Positions 17,796-25,072 of a stretch of DNA of 54,682 nucleotides are shown here, one piece after another. Below the pieces are notes generated by a model. That model saw nothing but the letters and a program-made list of their open reading frames with translations. It had not been told where the DNA came from and did not search any database. The translations under genes were made by a program, and so were the position numbers. The first letter of the stretch is position 1; each line of letters begins with the position of its first letter. This DNA comes from Elusimicrobiota bacterium (GTDB lineage: Bacteria > Elusimicrobiota > Elusimicrobia > UBA1565 > UBA9628): positions 1 through 54,682 of the forward strand of contig JAYTSX010000244.1 in the NCBI GenBank assembly GCA_043745445.1, written 5' to 3'.

Positions 17796-19208
17796 ATGAG
17801 CGTTCGGATCCATATCGCGGGACCGAGAGCCGGCCTGTTCGATTCTCGTTCGAGCGGCTTCCAACGGCATGCCCTGCTTGACGCCGTTCTCGGGCCATTG
17901 CTTTGTCCGGATGACGACAAAGGCCGGGGACTCCTCGAGTCTTGGCGTTCGAGCGACGACCTTCGCCTTTGGACCTTGCGGCTACGCTCCGGACTCCGAT
18001 TCCACACGGGACGAGCGGTGACGGCGCAGGACCTCGTCTTTACCTTTTCCCACATTCTTGCCTGCCCTCATGAGACGCCGGACAAGACTCTCCTGAGAAA
18101 CATCGCGCGGGACGGCGTGCGCGTCACCGGCGACAGAACGGTCGAGGTGGCGCTCGAGCAGCCTGACTCCAATTTCGCCCTCCTCATCAAGGACAGTTTC
18201 TACTCGATCGTACCGGAGGAGGAACTGCTTCCATCCGGTTCGGGGCTCGACGGGCCTTCGTCCAACTCGGGTTCGCATCTCGCTTGGAAACGCCATCCGG
18301 TCGGGGCCGGTCCGTATCGAACGGTCCGCGTCTCGGACGACGGCGCGGTCGTCGAGACGGAAGCGGCGCGCGACCTGCCCGAAGGCGCGCCGAAGAGCAT
18401 CCGTTTCTCGACCGGAGATTGCCCGCCCGATGCGGACGTGGCGCTCGGGTACGACGACAATCCGCTGCCCGGCCGCCTGCGCAAGAACGTCATCGACACC
18501 CCACTTGCGATCATGGGCCTGTATTTCGATTACACGCACCCCCTGGCGCGAAACGCCGATTTCAGGGTCGCGGTCTCCCTGGCGCTGGACCGCGCGGCGA
18601 TCAGCGCCTTGGTCGAGGACTCCAAACCCGCGAACGGCATGATCCCTTCTGATTTCTTGGCGAAATTCAAAAAGAAGCCGGCCCCTCCCCCCGGGCCCGA
18701 CCCGCGCCGGGCGGCGGATTTGTTCAAAAAGGTCATGGGCGCTTCGCTCGATTCTCCGGTCGCGATTCCCGTCGGAAGCCGCGCCATCGACGGACAATTT
18801 CCTCCATGGATCGTCGCGGTGGAGAAACAGATGAACCAAGCCGGCTTCCCCGCCCGCATGACGCCCGGCCGGGGCACGGCGCCGTTTTCAGTCGCCGGTT
18901 TCATCCCGGGAATACCGGATCTCGGCCGACTGTTCGCATTGTTCCGTGAAGGAACGGGGTGGGTCTCGCGTCTCGATGAACGCGATGGGGTCTACGACGA
19001 GCTGCTCGCCCGCGCCGCGACGCTCCGGGACTCGCCGGAACGCGAAGAGGTCCTGCGCGCGCTGAACGAACGCTTTCAGGCCCGCGCCTACGCCGTGCCC
19101 CTCTACGAAGAGCCGGTCGTGCTTTGGACCAATCCGGCTCGAGTGGCGTCCATCGGAGCGCGCCAAGGCATAAGCCTCGCTTACGAACGCCTGAGAATCA
19201 CCCCTTAA
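17796..19208 (+). CDS. Family-5 (peptide/nickel) solute-binding-fold protein without signal peptide
   Basis: WTLRLRSGLRFHTGRAVTAQDLVFTF, PVGAGPY and FRVAVSLALDR. No hydrophobic N-terminus. Confidence 0.75.
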   Translation: MSVRIHIAGPRAGLFDSRSSGFQRHALLDAVLGPLLCPDDDKGRGLLESWRSSDDLRLWTLRLRSGLRFHTGRAVTAQDLVFTFSHILACPHETPDKTLLRNIARDGVRVTGDRTVEVALEQPDSNFALLIKDSFYSIVPEEELLPSGSGLDGPSSNSGSHLAWKRHPVGAGPYRTVRVSDDGAVVETEAARDLPEGAPKSIRFSTGDCPPDADVALGYDDNPLPGRLRKNVIDTPLAIMGLYFDYTHPLARNADFRVAVSLALDRAAISALVEDSKPANGMIPSDFLAKFKKKPAPPPGPDPRRAADLFKKVMGASLDSPVAIPVGSRAIDGQFPPWIVAVEKQMNQAGFPARMTPGRGTAPFSVAGFIPGIPDLGRLFALFREGTGWVSRLDERDGVYDELLARAATLRDSPEREEVLRALNERFQARAYAVPLYEEPVVLWTNPARVASIGARQGISLAYERLRITP

Positions 19209-19209
19209 A

Positions 19210-20676
19210 TTGATACAACTGTCTCGGCGACGAATCGTGACGGCCGTCGTCGTCTGCGCGGCCGCCGGCCTCTTCCTCGCTCGAACCGGCCGCCGCAAGG
19301 CCGCATCACCCCCGAGCAAATCAATGGATCGCTATACCATCGCCTACGAGATCAAGTTCGAGGACTTCGACCCGCATTCTTTTACATCATACGCCAAGTA
19401 CGTGATCCTCCGCCAAATCTTCGAAACCCTCGTCCGAGTGGACGACAGCCTGAACGTCGTGCCCGGTCTCGCCGAAAAATGGAGCATCGACAGGGACGCG
19501 GGTGAGATCACCTTCTATCTGAGGTCCGCCCGCTTCCACGACGGCTCGCCCGTCACGGCGCTGGATGTCCGCGACTCGCTCCGCCGCGCGGCGCGCTTGG
19601 GCGCCCTCCAACGGCCTTCCGACGTCATCACTGCGGTCGATGAAAGGACGTTGAAGATAAAGATGTCTTCCGGCGCGGCGGAAGAGCTCCTGAGGAGTTT
19701 GACCCTCATCTATGCCGGCGTCGGAAAAGCCTCGACCGCGAGCGCGAACGGCTTCGTCGGCTCGGGCCCCTACCGCCTCGCATCTTACGACGCGAAGTCG
19801 GGGGCCGTCGACCTCGAACAATTCAACGGCTATTACCGGACGGTGCTTCAACCGCGACGCCTGGAGTTCCGGTGGGTATCGACGGCACGGATACACGAGG
19901 CCTTCGAACGCGGTGAAGTAGATGAGTTCGACACCAACAATTACCCGCTCGATGGAAACGCGACGGCGCCCGGAAGAAAGGTGGCCCTCTATTTCCCGAT
20001 GACGCGCTTCCTTGTCTTCAACCTGCGCTCCAACGTGTTCCGCGGCGTGGAGAACCGGAGGGCCTTCGTGTCCGCCTGGCCGAAGAAGTCGATTTCCAAA
20101 GAGCTCTATCCCTTCAGCGCGCCGGCGACCGGGCTCATTCCCAAGGGACTGTTGGGACACCTGAACGAAGAGGACGCGCGGCTGCCTCCGACGAAGCGCG
20201 ACCTGAAGGAGGAAGTGACCATCGGGACGGGCAATGCCTCCGAAGCCAGCGTACTTGAGAAAGAGCTCGCCCGCCACGCTCCCGGGCTCCGGGTTCGCCT
20301 GCGCGTCTACGCCCTTCAAGAGCGCATCATCGCCGACATCACGAATGGTTCCCTCGATGGCCGGATTTTCGGCAATTCGCCGAAGGACTTCGACGCGCGG
20401 TCTCTGCTGGCGACATTTACGTCGGGCCATCCGGTCAACATCTACGGCATCAAAGACGCCGGGTACGACGCGATCATCGACTCGCTCACGGGTAAAGACG
20501 AGGTTTCGCGGGAAGCCGCCCTAAAAAAGGCGGATCGACATCTGCTTCAACAGGCCTACCTACTGCCCCTCAGCTACACGCAGAGCTACCGCATCGTGCA
20601 TCAAGATTGTCCCGACGCCATCTGCGGAGATCACTTCCAGATCTGGGACCGCCAGTACGTCGGTGAAACGCCATGA
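19210..20676 (+). CDS. Family-5 ABC-type solute-binding protein with N-terminal anchor/signal
   Basis: SRRRIVTAVVVCAAAGLFLA; IFETLV, PGLAEKW, FHDGSPVTALDV and GSGPY. Confidence 0.82.
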   Translation: MIQLSRRRIVTAVVVCAAAGLFLARTGRRKAASPPSKSMDRYTIAYEIKFEDFDPHSFTSYAKYVILRQIFETLVRVDDSLNVVPGLAEKWSIDRDAGEITFYLRSARFHDGSPVTALDVRDSLRRAARLGALQRPSDVITAVDERTLKIKMSSGAAEELLRSLTLIYAGVGKASTASANGFVGSGPYRLASYDAKSGAVDLEQFNGYYRTVLQPRRLEFRWVSTARIHEAFERGEVDEFDTNNYPLDGNATAPGRKVALYFPMTRFLVFNLRSNVFRGVENRRAFVSAWPKKSISKELYPFSAPATGLIPKGLLGHLNEEDARLPPTKRDLKEEVTIGTGNASEASVLEKELARHAPGLRVRLRVYALQERIIADITNGSLDGRIFGNSPKDFDARSLLATFTSGHPVNIYGIKDAGYDAIIDSLTGKDEVSREAALKKADRHLLQQAYLLPLSYTQSYRIVHQDCPDAICGDHFQIWDRQYVGETP

Positions 20677-22343
20677 GCGAAAAGATCTCCTTCCGAGAGA
20701 GCATCATCACTCATGTACGGACCGGTCTCGTTCTGAGCACGCTGGCCCAGACGCTGATAACGCTCCTGCTGGCCGTTGCGTGGACGAACCGGAACATCGA
20801 AAACGAGGTGACCGGGATCGGCAGACAGCTCTCGCCCGAATTCGCCGGCGCCCTCAACGTCGACAACACGGTCGCGATCGTCGGCCGGCTCCAAGGGCTC
20901 GTGCAGCGCAAGCCCATCGTAGCGGCCCGTGTTCTGGGTCCTCAACTGGAGCTTTCGGCGTCCGCGGCGGGTCGAGCGCCGGGAACGCCGTCCGCTCGCT
21001 TCGTCACGCGAAGCTTCCCGCTGCCGACCGCGCAATCGGTTAAAGGCGATTATGCCCTCATCATCGTCGCCGACAGGCTCAGCTATTGGCCGCAGATCGC
21101 CCTTGCGATGCTCGCAATACTGAGTCTGGGCGTCCTGACGTACCTCGTGCTGACCAAGTACGTCAACGCGGCCGCGCGCAAAATCGGCGCGCCGATCGCC
21201 GAGCTCTCCGCCCATCTCGAGCGGGACGGCCTCGTGTCCGCGATCGACGGACACGAGTCGATGGAGATCGCCGAAATCTCGGTCATGATGCGGGCGCTCA
21301 GCGACGCTCAGACGCGCCTGTTCGACGTTCAAGACAAGATTCGCGAGGCCGAGGTCGACAAGAGTCTTTACCAGCTCGCCTCCCAAGTCGCTCATGACAT
21401 CCGTTCGCCATTGGCCGCGCTCGACGGCGCCATCGGCGACGCGGGACAAATGCCGGAAGACCAGCTCTCCCTGGTCCGCACCGCGACCGGGCGCATTCGC
21501 GACATCGCAAACGATTTGCTCGACATGCGGCGCGACAGGCGGGGGACGGCGCCGCCCACGATTCAATCTCTTGCCGCCGTGATCGAACCGCTCATCGCGG
21601 AAAAACAGATGCAGTACCGCTCGAAGCCGGGCGTCCGCATCGAGTGCAGGATCGTCGATGAGGCTCGCCGGATCAGCGCGCGAATCAACTCCGCGCAATT
21701 TGCTCGGGCGCTCTCCAACGTCGTCAACAACTCGATCGAAGCGCTCGGGGACGCGCCTGGGCGCGTCGCGACGAGTCTCTCGATTCAAGACGGCGACGCT
21801 CTCGTCAAAATCGAAGACGACGGGAAGGGCATCCCCCCGCACATACTCGAACGCCTCGGTCGGGACGGAGAAACTCACGGCAAGGAAGGAGGCTCGGGGC
21901 TGGGCCTGTATCACGCGAAAAGCTCGATCGAGTCGTGGGGCGGCCGCTTCGAGATCCAATCGGAAGCCGGCAAAGGAACGCGCGTCATTTTTCGAATCCC
22001 CATCGTCGCGACGGACGGCCCGCGGCGCACCGCGAGCGTCTTGATCGACGACGACCCGCTCGTTCAGAAGGTCTGGCTGATGGTGGCCAAGTCCAAAGGA
22101 GTGCCGCTGGCGGTCTTCTCGAGCCCGGCGGAATTCGACTCTTCGACGGAAGTGGCGAACACGGCATCGACGATCTTCATCGACTCCGAGCTTGCGGACG
22201 GCGTCAAAGGGGAGGAGTTCGCGGAACGACTTCACACCCGGGGATTCGCCAATTTATACCTGGCCACGGGAAAGTCCCCCGATTCCTTCCCCCCCATGCC
22301 CTGGATCAAAGGCGTCGTCGGGAAGGAAGCCCCCTGGCGCTAG
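20673..22343 (+). CDS. Membrane hybrid sensor histidine kinase with C-terminal receiver domain
   Basis: Two TM segments; H-box QVAHDIRSPL, N-box NVVNNSIEA, DDGKGI and GSGLGL. Receiver motifs LIDDD...FIDSEL...LATG...GK. Confidence 0.9.
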   Translation: MSEKISFRESIITHVRTGLVLSTLAQTLITLLLAVAWTNRNIENEVTGIGRQLSPEFAGALNVDNTVAIVGRLQGLVQRKPIVAARVLGPQLELSASAAGRAPGTPSARFVTRSFPLPTAQSVKGDYALIIVADRLSYWPQIALAMLAILSLGVLTYLVLTKYVNAAARKIGAPIAELSAHLERDGLVSAIDGHESMEIAEISVMMRALSDAQTRLFDVQDKIREAEVDKSLYQLASQVAHDIRSPLAALDGAIGDAGQMPEDQLSLVRTATGRIRDIANDLLDMRRDRRGTAPPTIQSLAAVIEPLIAEKQMQYRSKPGVRIECRIVDEARRISARINSAQFARALSNVVNNSIEALGDAPGRVATSLSIQDGDALVKIEDDGKGIPPHILERLGRDGETHGKEGGSGLGLYHAKSSIESWGGRFEIQSEAGKGTRVIFRIPIVATDGPRRTASVLIDDDPLVQKVWLMVAKSKGVPLAVFSSPAEFDSSTEVANTASTIFIDSELADGVKGEEFAERLHTRGFANLYLATGKSPDSFPPMPWIKGVVGKEAPWR

Positions 22344-22448
22344 GAGTGTGTCCGAGTAATCGGTTTTTTCACGCGAGAAACGATATATCGCTCCAACAAA
22401 TCAACGTATGAGTTTTCGACTCAAAATCGGTATTACTCGGACACACTC
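22344..22448. mobile_element. 105-bp MITE-like element with 17-bp perfect terminal inverted repeats and CTAG direct repeats
   Basis: GAGTGTGTCCGAGTAAT (22344-22360) and ATTACTCGGACACACTC (22432-22448). CTAG at 22340-22343 and 22449-22452. AT-rich non-coding core. Confidence 0.75.
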
Positions 22449-22462
22449 CTAGCGGTCGCGGG

Positions 22463-23410
22463 CTAGCTAAATGCCGCGCTTGATTCGCATTCCGCGAGCA
22501 ACTCACCGCCCAGCGCGGTCAGCTTGACGCCGGACTCACGCAGCGCCCGAGCGCCCGAACGCAACGCTTCGTCGATTTGCCCAATCCGGACTTCGAGGCG
22601 CGCGCGGCGCTGACTGGACAGGGCCGAATCGCCCAGCGCTTGGACGGCGAATTCTTTCATGTACGCGAGGGCGACGAGCGCGTGGAAGCTCTTGATCGCG
22701 GGGCGATGTTCGCGTCGGATCGCCGAATAAACGGGGGCGCGCAGATCACCATCGATGATGGGGTCCGCGTTCTGATAGACCATCAGCGCTTGATGGCCCA
22801 TCTCGTGCGCCAGATTAATCGCCAACTCGACGTCGCCGTGCTCCTCGACTTCAGGCAGATCGATGATGATTCCGCCTCGATAGAGATGGCTGCTGACGCC
22901 GCGGCCGTAGGGACTGCGGCCCCTCAGCGGGGGCCGGGCGCCCATCGGTATCACCTGCTTGACGAATTCGGCCGCGCGCGCGGCCAGGGATTCGTCGGCG
23001 CGGACGATCCAATCAAGCGCGGCCGGCACGGCCTGGGCGATCCGCGCGGCCCGACTCATGTCCAAGGTCTCGACGCACAGCCCTGTGGCTTCAGCGATCC
23101 CCAAATGTCCCAAGTGAAGATCCGGCGACGAGCTGAACGCGTCGTTCAGGAAAGACAGCGTCGCCGCGTCCGAGACGACCCGCGCGCCGCCGACGGCATC
23201 CGAAGCAGCGTAGTCCGAGGACGCGAAGTATCCAAGCCGCTCATGACAGCTCATCCACGGCCGATACTCCAGGAACTCCGAGCGGACAGCGCTATTCGCC
23301 CGTTCGAGGCTCTTGCGGTTCAGCTCGATCGACAGCTTGATCGCCCGCTCGGAGCCCTGGAGGCCGGTAAGCCAGCGTCCGGGGTAACGCCCCCGAACAC
23401 CGCGGCTCAC
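22463..23410 (-). CDS. HEXXH-motif protein, alphaKG-HExxH-type peptide beta-hydroxylase family
   Basis: NLAHEMGHQAL followed by VYSAIRREHRPAIKSFHA, matching the family pattern HExxH...S.(W)R...RP.....H. GTG start overlaps the stop of the upstream small ORF. Confidence 0.78.
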   Translation of the reverse strand: MSRGVRGRYPGRWLTGLQGSERAIKLSIELNRKSLERANSAVRSEFLEYRPWMSCHERLGYFASSDYAASDAVGGARVVSDAATLSFLNDAFSSSPDLHLGHLGIAEATGLCVETLDMSRAARIAQAVPAALDWIVRADESLAARAAEFVKQVIPMGARPPLRGRSPYGRGVSSHLYRGGIIIDLPEVEEHGDVELAINLAHEMGHQALMVYQNADPIIDGDLRAPVYSAIRREHRPAIKSFHALVALAYMKEFAVQALGDSALSSQRRARLEVRIGQIDEALRSGARALRESGVKLTALGGELLAECESSAAFS

Positions 23411-23583
23411 TTCGAGAAGGAGTGGTCGGTCAGGTCGGAATGAGTGATCGCGAAATCAGGCTTGATGGCGCTCATGAGCCGATCCATCATCAATTCGTCC
23501 GCGGTCTTCGGCTGCGGCGCCGGTGCGGTCTTCAAGGCCGCCATAGCGACAACGATCCCTAAGTAGTTAGCGATTTCATTCAT
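23407..23583 (-). CDS. 58-aa small peptide, candidate precursor/substrate of the HEXXH enzyme
   Basis: SD GGAGAGG (23593-23599) before ATG 23583. Sequence MNEIANYLGIVVAMAALKTAPAPQPKTADELMMDRLMSAIKPDFAITHSDLTDHSFSK. GTGA coupling to the HEXXH gene. Confidence 0.72.
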   Translation of the reverse strand: MNEIANYLGIVVAMAALKTAPAPQPKTADELMMDRLMSAIKPDFAITHSDLTDHSFSK

Positions 23584-23607
23584 GTGCCTGTACCTCTCCA
23601 GTAGACT

Positions 23608-23650
23608 AAACAAAGAGAAGGGACGGAGCGCAAGCGCTCCACCTCTTCCC
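23608..23650 (-). terminator. Terminator-like hairpin of the riboswitch expression platform
   Basis: GGGAAGAGGUGGAGCG-CUUG-CGCUCCGUCCCUUCUC (16-nt arms, one mismatch, GU pairs) followed by UUUGUUU. Confidence 0.6.
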
Positions 23651-23712
23651 CTGGTCTCATCCCGTTGAGGCGGGATCGTGGATACCCCGGGGCCGATTCC
23701 CCGAGCTACAGG
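23650..23712 (-). ncRNA. Purine-family riboswitch aptamer variant, 2'-dG-II-like
   Basis: CCUG-UAG-CUCGGGG-AAUCGG-CCCCGGG-GUAUCCACG-AUCCCG-CCUCAA-CGGGAU-GAGAC-CAGG. Three-way junction, GG/CC kissing loops, UCCAC (C at position 51), C74 and a lengthened J3/1. Confidence 0.7.
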
Positions 23713-23719
23713 CAGTTTT

Positions 23720-23763
23720 ATCATACACCACTGCGCGACGGGCCGCAGGTGTCTAAAGGCCTA
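23720..23763 (-). promoter_or_regulatory. -10 box TATGAT (23720-23725) plus degenerate upstream palindrome (23748-23763)
   Basis: The -10 box puts +1 at about 23713, the first base of the aptamer region. The palindrome GGTGTC-TAAA-GGCCTA lies 22 nt upstream of it. Confidence 0.5.
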
Positions 23764-23828
23764 GAACGGAGGGGGTCTTTATTCCCCCTCAAACCTAAGC
23801 GCCCTTCATCGAGATCCCAACCGTCAAC

Positions 23829-23845
23829 TTGGCATAAAAATTGAT
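23829..23845 (+). promoter_or_regulatory. Sigma54-type -24/-12 promoter TTGGCATAAAAATTGAT
   Basis: GG(23831-32)-N10-GA(23843-44). Matches TGGCA-N6-TTG with A instead of C at -12; 55 nt upstream of the precursor ATG. Confidence 0.62.
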
Positions 23846-23899
23846 CACTCCTAGGCATAAGGGCTCAGCGCACCGAGCCCACGCAACACGGAGGAACCA

Positions 23900-24037
23900 A
23901 TGAAGACTGAACTGAAGCAGACCGCGAGCCTCGACCTGAACCTCTTCAACGTTTCGGGCGAGTTCGAAGACATCGAGATGGTGATCAACGAGCTGTCCGG
24001 CAACGTCGAGATGTCCATCATGTCGCGCCGCTGCTGA
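23900..24037 (+). CDS. 45-aa RiPP precursor-like peptide (not in ORF track)
   Basis: SD GGAGG 23890-23894. Sequence MKTELKQTASLDLNLFNVSGEFEDIEMVINELSGNVEMSIMSRRC*. Strong GC3 bias; first gene of the modification operon. Confidence 0.85.
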   Translation: MKTELKQTASLDLNLFNVSGEFEDIEMVINELSGNVEMSIMSRRC

Positions 24038-24046
24038 TCGGATCGA

Positions 24047-24074
24047 GCTGGGGGGCGCGGCAGCGCCCCCCAGC
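24047..24074 (+). promoter_or_regulatory. Perfect 12-bp stem-loop between the precursor and the enzyme genes
   Basis: GCTGGGGGGCGC-GGCA-GCGCCCCCCAGC, no U-tract. Confidence 0.75.
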
Positions 24075-24097
24075 CACCATCACTTCAAGGAGGCTCC

Positions 24098-25072
24098 ATG
24101 CCCCACACGAATCTCATCACCGTCTCATCGATCGAAAGCGGCGCCCTGGACGGCGCCTTCATCCGGCGGGAATTGCCGGTCATCCTGAAAGGCGCGTGCC
24201 GGAACTGGCCCGCCTTCGACAAATGGACCCCCGATTTTTTCAAGCGGATCTACGGCAAGATCGAGGTCCCGATGAGCAACTATAAGATGGATCCCTATCA
24301 GCTCCAGACGCAGAAAGCGGCCATGCCGATCGAGGACTATCTGGACGGCGCCCTTCGGATCTCCGCCGGGCGGACCGGAGAGAACGAGAACCTTTATTCG
24401 GCCGGCTGGTTTTTCTGCAACGGGCACTGCGAACTACTCAAAGACGTCGCCGTCCCCTCCTACTTCGCGGAGAACTGGGCGGACCGGGTGCAGAAGGTGA
24501 TCCATTTCGACACGCGTTCGATCTTGTTCGGACATCCGAAAGTCGAGAGCCCGCTGCACACCGACTCGTTCTTCGTCAGCACCTATTTCGCGATGCTCAA
24601 GGGCCAGAAGCGCATGCGGCTTGTGGGGCCGGAGCACAGCGCGCACGTCAAGAACGGCTTCAACGTCTACGACGACGAGCGGGTTCGCGAGCTCGGCGCT
24701 AAGGGCGTTCCGGTCTACGACGCGGTGGTCGAAGAGGGCGATATCGCCTGGTTCCCGCCGGGCTGGTGGCACCATGTGAAAAACGACTCCTTCACCATCT
24801 CCATGACCACGAGCTTCGTGTCCTCCCATCACTTCCTGCCGTTCGAGCAGCAGGTGCGGGCGACCTTGATCAAGCCTCTCCTGCGGCTGGCCCAGGTCAA
24901 GGACGAAGTCCTCGAGCGCGCCTTTGACGGCGAGAACCTGGATCATTCGACGAAGGTCCTCGACGACGCGCACTACCTGCGCAACGAGACGCAATATGTC
25001 GGCTTCACGAAATCGGAGTTGGAGAAGACGGACCGGTTGCTCGAGCGTCTGCAGGACCGGCAGGCGGCGTGA
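24098..25072 (+). CDS. JmjC/cupin-like Fe(II)/2-oxoglutarate oxygenase
   Basis: SD AAGGAGG. Motifs PVILKGACRNWPAFDKWT, HxD (PLHTDS), GQKR and EGDIAWFPPGWWHHVKN. Confidence 0.88.
   Translation: MPHTNLITVSSIESGALDGAFIRRELPVILKGACRNWPAFDKWTPDFFKRIYGKIEVPMSNYKMDPYQLQTQKAAMPIEDYLDGALRISAGRTGENENLYSAGWFFCNGHCELLKDVAVPSYFAENWADRVQKVIHFDTRSILFGHPKVESPLHTDSFFVSTYFAMLKGQKRMRLVGPEHSAHVKNGFNVYDDERVRELGAKGVPVYDAVVEEGDIAWFPPGWWHHVKNDSFTISMTTSFVSSHHFLPFEQQVRATLIKPLLRLAQVKDEVLERAFDGENLDHSTKVLDDAHYLRNETQYVGFTKSELEKTDRLLERLQDRQAA

Noticed and set aside
23584-23724. 105-aa version of the small minus-strand ORF
   Set aside because: The extra 47 codons run through the riboswitch and terminator. The SD lies before ATG 23583.
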